Notes under the pieces: model-generated | Seen by the model: only the letters and a program-made list of their open reading frames with translations | Told to the model about the DNA's origin: nothing | Databases searched by the model: none | Shown: positions 10,115-18,771 of the stretch, piece by piece | Layout: each line of letters opens with the position of its first letter | Position numbering within the stretch: the stretch's first letter is position 1 | Translations under genes and position numbers: made by a program | Source of the DNA: Polyangiales bacterium | GTDB taxonomy: Bacteria > Myxococcota_A > Polyangia > Polyangiales > JADJQN01 | Assembly: GCA_964202905.1 (NCBI GenBank) | Contig: CAXNJO010000004.1 | Coordinates: 480,001-544,000, forward strand | Direction of reading: 5' to 3' | DNA length: 64,000 nucleotides

Positions 10115-10256
10115 GGTGTTCCGAGGCTAACACGCGGCCTCCTGGGTGCGGCGGATGCCGCGGGGACGGATATGCCACGAAGTTCGTCACACCCGCGCGC
10201 TTCGCTACCATCCGCGTGGCACGCCCCCCTCCGCGGCGCGCCCGGAGTCCGCCCCG

Positions 10257-10457
10257 ATGCGCCCACGCCGTCTCGTCGTCGCCGCCCCCGGCTTCATCGT
10301 CCTCGCCCTCGGCTCCGCAGCCCCACCGGCGCCGCTCACGGCCACGCCGCGTCCATGGCCGGGCCTCGACGAGGCATACGAAGGCATCGCCGAGGTCGAC
10401 GTTCACGAGGCAAGCTACGCCTCGATGCCCCGCACGCAGCGGACCCGCCACGCGTGA
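10257..10457 (+). CDS. Possible small hypothetical protein (66 aa)
   Basis: ATG start with a signal-like N-terminus (MRPRRLVVAAPGFIVLALG); its stop overlaps the GTG of the next gene (GTGA). Confidence 0.3.
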   Translation: MRPRRLVVAAPGFIVLALGSAAPPAPLTATPRPWPGLDEAYEGIAEVDVHEASYASMPRTQRTRHA

Positions 10458-11812
10458 CCGAAGCGCGCTTCACGCTGGCGAGCGAGAGCGCAGAACTCGC
10501 CGTCGAGGCCGCGCACGCCTGCCGGGAGCTCGCGCTCGACGTGGATCCGCAGGTCGTGGCGGATCCGGTCGCGACGGCTGTCTCGCTCCTCGCCGCCGGA
10601 CAGCGCGCCGCGGTGATCGTGCAGGCCGCGCCCGCGCCGGCGACCCTCGTGCGCCTCGCGTCCGCCGCACGCGCCGCAGGGATGCCCTGCCCGCTCGCCC
10701 TCGTCGGCGCGGGGGAGGACGGTGTCCTGACGCTCGCCCTCGCAGGCGACCTCGGGCTCGTCGCCGTCGCCGAGGTGCGCCCCCTCGCCTCCGCCCTCGC
10801 GTTGCTCGCCACCGGGGCTCGCCGTCCCTGGTCCGCCTCGACGCGCGGCCTCGCCGTGACGGATCGCGCGCGCTTGCGGCCCGGCGTCGCGGGCGGGGAG
10901 CGCGCCGGGGGGCGCCTGGTGCGACGCGACGACGGAATGCTCGGCTATTCGCACGGGGCGACGGATACGAGCGTCCCGGCGGGCGAACCGCGCGACCTCG
11001 CGGCCGCGCTCTCCGCGCTCGCGGCGTCCGAGCCGGACGAGGCCGCACCCTTTCCCCCGCTCGAAGGCGGCGCGCGTCAGGCCGTCCTCGACGTCATCTT
11101 CGGGCCGCCACGCGCGCTCTCGGACCCGGCGAGCAAGGCGGCCCTGCGCAGCCACGGGCTGCCCTTCCCCGTCGAGGAGCTGTGCGCGAGTCCGTCGCGT
11201 GCGGCGTCAGAGGCGACGCGACTCGGTTATCCGGTGCGCATCACGCTCGCGTCCCCGGATCTGCGCGTGTGGGATCATCCGGATCTCGCCGTGGACGGCG
11301 TGGACAACGCGGCCCGCGTCCGCGACGTGTACCGGCAGCTCGTCACGCAGGGCGAGGCGCGCGCGGAGGGCAGCCGACTGCTCGGCGTGACGGTCACCGC
11401 GACGCGGGCGGCCCAGGCGCTGCTGCGCGTGGAGGTCGAGCCGCTGCCGGACGGCTGGATCGGCGTGCGGCTCGGGTTCGCCGACGCGCACGGTCTCGCC
11501 TCGCGCGACGAGACGCTGACGGTGCTCCCCGCGTCCCCGGCGCGCCTCGAGCGGGCGCTTGCGCGACTGCGCGGCAACGCGCTGATCTTCGCCGGGTCCC
11601 CCGCGGTGCGGCGCGCCGCGACGAGCGCGATCGGCGACGTGCTCGTCCGACTCGCCCGCTTCGTGGACGCGCACCGCGGCGAGGTCGAGCGGGTCCGACT
11701 CCAGCCGCTCGCCCTGTTGTTCGGCGGCAGCGTCGAGGCGCGGGAGGTTTGCGTCGTCGTCGGAGACGCGTTCCGGCGGTCACTCGACACGCCCGGCGAC
11801 CCGCGCGGTTGA
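10454..11812 (+). CDS. Acetate-CoA ligase (ADP-forming)-like protein with degenerate ATP-grasp domain
   Basis: C-terminal half SKAALRSHGLP..EATRLGYPVRITLASPD..GVDNAARVRDVY..LQPL resembles ATP-grasp_5. The 929-aa ORF-track extension upstream is antisense to the PEGA gene. Confidence 0.65.
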   Translation: MTEARFTLASESAELAVEAAHACRELALDVDPQVVADPVATAVSLLAAGQRAAVIVQAAPAPATLVRLASAARAAGMPCPLALVGAGEDGVLTLALAGDLGLVAVAEVRPLASALALLATGARRPWSASTRGLAVTDRARLRPGVAGGERAGGRLVRRDDGMLGYSHGATDTSVPAGEPRDLAAALSALAASEPDEAAPFPPLEGGARQAVLDVIFGPPRALSDPASKAALRSHGLPFPVEELCASPSRAASEATRLGYPVRITLASPDLRVWDHPDLAVDGVDNAARVRDVYRQLVTQGEARAEGSRLLGVTVTATRAAQALLRVEVEPLPDGWIGVRLGFADAHGLASRDETLTVLPASPARLERALARLRGNALIFAGSPAVRRAATSAIGDVLVRLARFVDAHRGEVERVRLQPLALLFGGSVEAREVCVVVGDAFRRSLDTPGDPRG

Positions 11813-11959
11813 GCCCGCCGGCGGCCCGCGCGTCCACACGCGCAAGCGGTCTCCCCGACGCAACGAAGCGCGATGCGGACATCTCCGCACCGCGCTTCGC
11901 GCACCGTTACCTGCGGACAACGCTGGTCGACGACGCGACTCAGCCCGCCGCGTCGACGC

Positions 11960-12115
11960 TCACTGAGCGGTGAGGCCCCGGGTCGGCGCGACCTCGGTGT
12001 TCATGAACGGAGGGAAGCCCGCGAAGAACGCGATGCCGAGATAGAGGAAACCGAGCACACCGACGACGACTACGCCCTTGGTAACAGGGCTCGCATCGGA
12101 CCAGAACGAAGACAT
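11960..12115 (-). CDS. Small single-pass membrane protein, 51 aa (not in ORF track)
   Basis: AAGGAGG RBS just upstream of the ATG; MSSFWSDASPVTKGVVVVGVLGFLYLGIAFFAGFPPFMNTEVAPTRGLTAQ*. Confidence 0.75.
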   Translation of the reverse strand: MSSFWSDASPVTKGVVVVGVLGFLYLGIAFFAGFPPFMNTEVAPTRGLTAQ

Positions 12116-12264
12116 GGGGCCTCCTTGGGCAGGGGACAGCGTTGAGGGTCGAGGCTATCCGCGAGCGCGCGCCGGAGTCAAGGAATTCGCCCACGCGAGG
12201 ACCGGTGCCGCCCGCCGCGCCGCACCCGCGCCGCCGTGTACACTCGCTCGCCGGAGGTCGGACG

Positions 12265-13959
12265 ATGCTTCGCGACGAGGTCTACGCGGCGATCCGTCGC
12301 GCCGTGGTGGTGGGGCGCGGCGCGGTCCACACGGGGATGGCGTTCCGCATGGGTGCCGCGGGCGCGCGCGCGCTCCTCGCGCAGCAACTCGCCGGGCCGG
12401 TCGGCCCCTCGGCGCTCTTCCGCATCCACGCGGCGAACACGCCTGTTCAGCTGGCGATCGTCACGTACGAAGACGCCGACGCCGCGCCGCAAGGCCCCCT
12501 CATGGAGCCGCGGCGCAGCACCTACGCGGAGACGAACGCGCGCATCGATCGGCTCGCGGCCGGGCTGCGCGCGCGCGGACTCGGCCGCGGAGACGCCGCC
12601 GTCGTCCAGCTCCACAACCGCGCGGCCTTCCTCGAGGTCCAGGCGGCGATGGCGCGGCTCGGCGGGAGCGCGGTGTCGGTGAGCTGGCGCTCGACGGCCG
12701 CGGAGCTCGAGTACCTCGTCAACCACTCGGGCGCCCGCGCGATCTTCGCGGACCTCGCGTGCACGGACGCGCTGCTCGCGGCGCGGCCCAGTCTCCCGAA
12801 CGTGCGCGACGCATGCCTCTTCGTGGTCGGCGGCGCGCGCGCCCCGCTGCATCCCTACGAGAGCGCGTTCGCCGCGGCCCCCGACGCCAACGCGCGCGCC
12901 GACGCCTCCGAGCAGAGCGCCGTCGTCATCTACACGAGCGGCACGACGGGCAAGCCGAAGGGCGCGGTGCGCCGCTTCCCGAAGGAGATGGGCGCCGCGG
13001 TCATGCGCTTTCTCCTCGAGACGCCCATCCACACCGGCGACCGGCACCTCGCCGTGTGCCCGATGTACCACTCGACCGCGTTCGGCTTCATCGGCTTCAA
13101 CCTCGTCGTCGGGGGCACGACGGTGATCGCGCCGCGTTTCGATCCGGAGCAGTTCCTCGCGCTGGTCGAGCGCGAGCGCATCACGACGACGGCGCTCGTG
13201 CCGACGATGCTGCACCGCATCCTGCAGCTGCCCGAGCGCACGCTCGACCGCTACGACACGAGCACGCTGCGCGCCGTGTTCTCGGGCGGTGCGCCGCTGT
13301 CCGGCGCGCTCGCGCGTCGCTTCATCGCGCGTTTCGGTCCCGTGCTCTTCAATTTCTACGGCGCGACCGAGACGGGGGTGAACACGCTCGCGACGAGCGA
13401 GGAGCTGCTGCGCGCCCCCGGCACCATCGGGCACGCCGTCCCCGGCAACGAGCTGCGCATCCTCGACGACGCGGGGCGCCCCGTCCCGCGCGGCGCGACG
13501 GGCGAGTTGTGGGTGAAGAACGACATGCTGGTCGCCGGCTATCACCGCGACGACGCGGCGACGAACGACGCGATGCGCGAGGGCTTCTTCTCGGTGGGCG
13601 ACCTCGCGCACGAGGACGCGCACGGGCTCTTCCACATCGACGGCCGCAAACGCGACATGGTCATCACCGGCGGTGTGAACGTGTACCCCGCGGAGATCGA
13701 AGAGGTGCTGCACGCGCACCCCGCCGTCGGCGAGGCGGCGGTCGTCGGCGTCCCCGACGAAGAGTGGGGCGAACGGGTCCGCGCGTTCGTCGCGCTGCGC
13801 GCCGGGGCGCTCGCGTCGCCGAATGAGCTCGTCGCACATTGCCGCACGGCGCTCAGCAGCGCGAAGGTGCCGCGCGAGGTCGTGCTGCTCGACGAGCTGC
13901 CGAAAAACCCGACGGGCAAGGTGCTCAAACGCGAGTTGCGGGACTGGCGCCCCGCCTAG
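12265..13959 (+). CDS. AMP-forming acyl-CoA synthetase (long-chain fatty acid-CoA ligase-like)
   Basis: YTSGTTGKPKG, YGATE, GD, GRKRDMVITGGVNVYPAEIE and PKNPTGK motifs; GGAGG RBS. Confidence 0.95.
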   Translation: MLRDEVYAAIRRAVVVGRGAVHTGMAFRMGAAGARALLAQQLAGPVGPSALFRIHAANTPVQLAIVTYEDADAAPQGPLMEPRRSTYAETNARIDRLAAGLRARGLGRGDAAVVQLHNRAAFLEVQAAMARLGGSAVSVSWRSTAAELEYLVNHSGARAIFADLACTDALLAARPSLPNVRDACLFVVGGARAPLHPYESAFAAAPDANARADASEQSAVVIYTSGTTGKPKGAVRRFPKEMGAAVMRFLLETPIHTGDRHLAVCPMYHSTAFGFIGFNLVVGGTTVIAPRFDPEQFLALVERERITTTALVPTMLHRILQLPERTLDRYDTSTLRAVFSGGAPLSGALARRFIARFGPVLFNFYGATETGVNTLATSEELLRAPGTIGHAVPGNELRILDDAGRPVPRGATGELWVKNDMLVAGYHRDDAATNDAMREGFFSVGDLAHEDAHGLFHIDGRKRDMVITGGVNVYPAEIEEVLHAHPAVGEAAVVGVPDEEWGERVRAFVALRAGALASPNELVAHCRTALSSAKVPREVVLLDELPKNPTGKVLKRELRDWRPA

Positions 13960-13980
13960 CGCGACACGTCGGCGCGGGCG

Positions 13981-16810
13981 TCAGGCGAGCGGCACGCGCG
14001 CGAGCTCGCGGGCGAGGAAGCGCCCGGTGTGCGATCCCACGACGCGGGCCAGTTCCTCGGGCGTCCCCTCCCCGACGATCCGGCCTCCCCCGCTCCCGCC
14101 CTCGGGCCCGAGGTCGATCACGCGATCGGCGACCTTGACGACGTCGAGGTTGTGCTCGATGACGACGACGGTGTTGCCCTGATCCACCAGCTCCTGGAGG
14201 ACGCCCACGAGCAGCCTGCGACGTCCTCGAAGTGCAGGCCCGGTGGTCGGCTCATCGAGCACGTAGAGCGTGCGGCCGGTGGCCTTGCGTGCGAGCTCGC
14301 GCGAGAGTTTCACGCGCTGCGCCTCGCCGCCCGAGAGCGTCGTCGCGCTCTGGCCGAGCTCGAGATAGCCGAGCCCCACGCGCGAGAGCGCGCCGAGCGT
14401 CTGCCGCAATTTCGGCACCGCGCCGAGCAGCTCGAGCGCGTCGTCGATCGGGCGCGTCGAGGAGCGTCCGCGATGCTGTGACCGCGTGTACTGCACCTCG
14501 AGCGTCTCGCGGTTGTAGCGCTTGCCGCCGCAGACCTCGCACGGGCACGTAGACGTCGGGCAGGAAGTGCATCTCGATGCTGGAGCACGCCGTCGCCCTG
14601 ACAGGCCTCGCAGCGACCGCCCTTCACGTTGAAACTGAAGCGCCCGGGCTCGTAGCCGCGCGCGCGCGCCTCGGGGAGTTGCGCGAAGAGCTCGCGGAGC
14701 GGCCCGAAGACGCCCGTGTAGGTCGCCGGGTTGGAGCGGGGCGTGCGACCGATCGGCGACTGGTCGATGTTGATGACCTTGTCGATGGCCTCGAGCCCGC
14801 GGACGGTCGCGGCGACGGGCGCCTCGCGCGCGCCGTTCGCGTGCTGACGCGCGGCCGCTGTAGCAGGGTGTCGATGACGAGCGTCGACTTGCCCGAGCCG
14901 CTCACGCCCGTGACCGCGCGTGAGCACGCCGAGCGGGCACCCGCACGGACACGTCGCGCAGGTTGTGGGCGGTCGCGTGCGCGATCTCGACGTGGGCGGT
15001 CGCGCGGCGGCGGCGCTTCGGGACGGGGATCGCGCGCGCGCCAGAGAGGTAGCGGCCCGTGAGCGAGCGCGGATCGGCGAGGATCTCGCGCGGGCGTGCC
15101 CTGCGCGACGATCGTGCCGCCGTGCTTCCCCGCGCCGGGGCCGACGTCGACCACGTGATCGGCCGCGAGGATCGTGTCGGCGTCGTGCTCGACGACGAGC
15201 ACCGTGTTGCCGAGATCGCGCAGCGCCTTGAGCGTCGCGATGAGGCGCTCGTTGTCGCGCGGGTGCAGGCCGATCGACGGCTCGTCGAGCACGTAGAGCA
15301 CGCCCGTCAGCGCGGCGCCGATCTGCGTCGCGAGGCGGATGCGCTCGGCCTCGCCGCCCGAGAGCGTCGCGGCGCCGCGATCGAGCGCCAGATAATCGAG
15401 GCCGACGTTCACGAGGAAGCCGAGGCGCGACGTGATCTCGCGCACGATCCGCCGCGCGATCGCGGCCTCACGCGGAGGAAGCGCGAGTTCCGCGAAGAAC
15501 GCGCTCGCCTCCTTGATCGAGAGCGCCGTGACCTCGCGGATGTTGCGCCCCGCGACGCGCACAGCGAGCGCCTCGGGCCGCAGGCGCGCACCGCCGCAGG
15601 CCTTGCACGCGTCGGTGCGGGCGAAGCGGTGGAACTGCTCCTCGAGGAACTCGAAGGTGCCGTCCTCGTCCTGCCCCTCTTCTCGCTTGCGGCGCTCGTA
15701 GTCGCGGCTGCGGCGCTCGAGCCCCGGGATGACGCCCTCCCAGACTCCGTCGCCCTCCTTGCCGTCGCCGCGCAGGATGAGCGCGCGCGTCTTCTCGGCG
15801 AGCTTCTTCCACGGGACGTTGCGCTTGACGCCGGTCTTGTCGACGAGCGCCTCGAGCATGTAGCGCTGGTAGATTCCGCCCGCTTTGCCCCACGGCGCGA
15901 TGGCCCCGTCGTCGAGCGAGAGGGCGGTGTCGGGCACGACGAGCTCCGGGTCGAACCAGCGCACCTCACCGAGCCCGCTGCACGCCGTGCACGCGCCCGC
16001 GGGGTTGTTGAACGAAAAGATCCGCGGCGAGATCTCGGGGAGCGAGACGCCGTCCTCGATGCACGCGAAGCGCTCGCTCAGCAGGAAGTCGCCCTGCCCC
16101 GGGACGTCGATGCGGACGAGCCCTTCGCCGAGCTTGAGCGCGAGCTCGATCGACTCGGTGAGCCGCTGCCGCACGTCCGGCTTCACGGCGAGCCGGTCGA
16201 CGTGCACGTCGATCGTGTGCGGCTTGTTCTTGTCGAGCGTGAGCTCGTCGGCGAGGTCCCGCACGACGCCGTCGATCGTCGCGCGCACGAAGCCGTCGCG
16301 GCGCAACGCATCAAGCTCCTTGCGGTATTCGCCTTTCTTGCCGCGGGCGAGCGGCGCGAGCACGGCAAAGCGAGCGCCCTCACCGAGCATGAGCACGCGG
16401 TCCACCATCTGCTGCACGGTCTGCGCGCTGATCGCGCGGCCGCACGTCGGGCAGTGCGGCGTGCCCGCGCGCGCATAAAGCAGACGCAGATAGTCGTAGA
16501 TCTCGGTGACGGTGCCGACCGTCGAGCGCGGGTTCCGCGACGTGGTCTGCTGCTCGATGCTGATGGCCGGCGAGAGTCCCTCGATCGTGTCGACGTCGGG
16601 CTTCGGCATCTGGTCGAGGAACTGGCGCGCGTAGGCGCTCAGCGACTCCACGTAGCGGCGCTGCCCCTCCGCGTAGATGGTGTCGAACGCGAGCGACGAT
16701 TTGCCGGAGCCGCTCGGCCCGGTGATGACGACGAGCCGGTCGCGCGGGAGCGTGACGTCGACGTCCTTCAGGTTGTGCTGGCGCGCACCGCGGACGACGA
16801 TTTCCTTCAC
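13981..16810 (-). CDS. uvrA: Excinuclease ABC subunit A (multiple frameshifts in the 3' third)
   Basis: [31 protein letters not shown], Zn fingers, LSGGE twice, [34 protein letters not shown] and IEHNLD. The pieces are spread over several frames between ~14200 and ~15100. Confidence 0.93.
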
Positions 16811-16834
16811 CGGGGGCTCCTTCGAAGGCCGCGT

Positions 16835-17851
16835 TCAGGTGCAGCGGGCGGCGAGCGCGACCGCCGCGATCATGCCGTCCGCATCGCCGCGACCCGCGGC
16901 CGCCGCATCGTACGCGACGCCGTGATCGACGCTCGTGCGCAGGAAGGGTAGCCCCCAGGTCACGTTCACCGCCTTGCCCCAGTCGAGCAGCTTGGACGGG
17001 ATGGTGGCCTGGTCGTGCATCATGCAGACGACGCCGTCGATCCGGCCCCACGCGGCCTCGCGCAGGGCGGCCTCGGCCGGGCGCACGCCGAGCAGGCGCA
17101 CGCGACCGTCGGCGTAGGGCGGCCGCGCGCCCGCGAGCGCGGCCCCCGGCTCGACGACGCGCGGGTCTTCGTCACCGAAGAGCCCGTGCTCGCCCGCGTG
17201 CGGGTTGAGCGCAGCGACCACGACCGTCGGCACGCCGGACGCCCCCCCGCGGAGCCGGAGCAGCGCCTCGCCGAGGTGCGTGACCGCGCGGGCGACGCGC
17301 GCGGGGGTGATCTCCGTCGCGACGCGCGAGACGGCCACGTGCGTCGTGACGAGCGCGAGGCGGAGCGTCGGGCCGAAAAACATCATCGTCACGGCGTCGT
17401 CCGGCAGGCCGCAGCGACGCGCGAGATGCTCCGTCTGACCCGTGAAGGGCGTGCCGCTCGCGACGATGGCTTCCTTGCTCGTCGGGCCCGTGACGAGGGC
17501 GCGCGCATGCCCCGCAGCGACGACGGACGCCGCGGCGTCGAGCGCGCGGAGCTGCGCGGCGCCGCCCTCCGCCGTGGGCGCGTGCGCCGCGACGCAGGCG
17601 TCGGAGACCGCACCGACGTCCGCGAGGCCGAGCGCGCCCGCGGGGAGCGCGAAGGGGCCTTCGGTCGCGACGCTCACGCACGGGGTCGCCGGTGCGGCGG
17701 ACGCGACGAGCGCCGCGAGTCGACGCGCATCCCCGAACAGCACGAGCGACTCGCCGCGCGCTGCCGCATCGAGGGCGGCGGTCACCGACACCCGGGGTCC
17801 GACGCCCGCCGGGTCACCCACACTCACGGCCAACGGGAGCCTCGCCGTCAT
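16835..17851 (-). CDS. pdxA: 4-hydroxythreonine-4-phosphate dehydrogenase PdxA family
   Basis: GDPAGVGP, GQTEHL, TTH, LNPHAGE, MHDQ and RTSVDHG motifs. Confidence 0.92.
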   Translation of the reverse strand: MTARLPLAVSVGDPAGVGPRVSVTAALDAAARGESLVLFGDARRLAALVASAAPATPCVSVATEGPFALPAGALGLADVGAVSDACVAAHAPTAEGGAAQLRALDAAASVVAAGHARALVTGPTSKEAIVASGTPFTGQTEHLARRCGLPDDAVTMMFFGPTLRLALVTTHVAVSRVATEITPARVARAVTHLGEALLRLRGGASGVPTVVVAALNPHAGEHGLFGDEDPRVVEPGAALAGARPPYADGRVRLLGVRPAEAALREAAWGRIDGVVCMMHDQATIPSKLLDWGKAVNVTWGLPFLRTSVDHGVAYDAAAAGRGDADGMIAAVALAARCT

Positions 17852-18525
17852 GGTGCCCTCATCTTGTAGCCGGCGCCGCGCACGGTCTCGAGCGGTCGCG
17901 CGCCGGCGCCGAGCTTCATGCGCAGCCGGCGGACGTGGATGTCGACCGTCCGGCTGCCCCCGTAGTAATCGACGCCCCAGACCCGCGCGAGCAGCTGCTC
18001 GCGGCTGAAGACGCGCCCGCGGTGCTGGGCGAGAAACTTCAGCAGCGCGAACTCCTGATGCGTCAGCGGCACCGCGCGACCGTCCACGGTGACCTCGTGC
18101 GCGGCGAGGTCCACGCAGAGGGCCCCGAGCTTCATCCGCTCGCCCGCCTCGAACTCGCTGCGGCGCCACTCGATCCGGCGCACCCGCACGTAGAGCTCAG
18201 CGGGCACGTACGGCACGAGCACGAAGTCGTCGAAGCCGTCCTGCGGGTCGAGCCGCTGCAGCGCGTTGACCGTGACCGCGGCGATGGTCGGCACCTCCGC
18301 GAGCGGGGAGACGGCCCGGAGACGCGCGAGGGCGGCCCGCCCCGCGTCGACCTGATCGAGCGCTTCGACGAGGATCGCCGTGGGCGGCTGCTCGGCGAGC
18401 GCGGCCTCGTCGAGCGCGTCCCACAGATCGAGCGCGCGCACGCGACAGCCGAGGTCCCGGAGCGTGGCGACGCCACCCTCCGGGCGCTCGAGCTGATCAC
18501 TCCGACCGACCACGAGGATCCACAT
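17848..18525 (-). CDS. OmpR/PhoB-family winged-helix regulator with atypical receiver domain
   Basis: C-terminal LTHQEFALL..GRVFSREQLLARVWG..RTVDIHVRRLRMKLG..TVRGAGY; the receiver lacks canonical acidic and Lys residues; stop overlaps the pdxA start. Confidence 0.9.
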   Translation of the reverse strand: MWILVVGRSDQLERPEGGVATLRDLGCRVRALDLWDALDEAALAEQPPTAILVEALDQVDAGRAALARLRAVSPLAEVPTIAAVTVNALQRLDPQDGFDDFVLVPYVPAELYVRVRRIEWRRSEFEAGERMKLGALCVDLAAHEVTVDGRAVPLTHQEFALLKFLAQHRGRVFSREQLLARVWGVDYYGGSRTVDIHVRRLRMKLGAGARPLETVRGAGYKMRAP

Positions 18526-18771
18526 GCCGTGTCCTTCCGAGGCGCGGAGGCGCGGAGGCGCCGTTACGCCGCATCGCGTCAATCGCCGGGCGCGCATGCT
18601 ATCCGGGAGGCCGCGGGCACGCAATTCGACGCCGCCGAGACTTGACCGAGGCGCCTGCGGGGGGCTACGTTCGGCGCCGCTCCGAGGTCTCTGGAGCGTG
18701 CCCGTGTCCGGGCGCCCCATCCGCCTCGCCCCCACCCAGGCAGGTCCTTCAGCGATGCAGTCCCGATGGCG

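Noticed and set aside
16811..16840. LexA/SOS box upstream of uvrA
   Set aside because: Only a GTTCAG half resembles the Myxococcus LexA motif as I recall it; the other half does not match.
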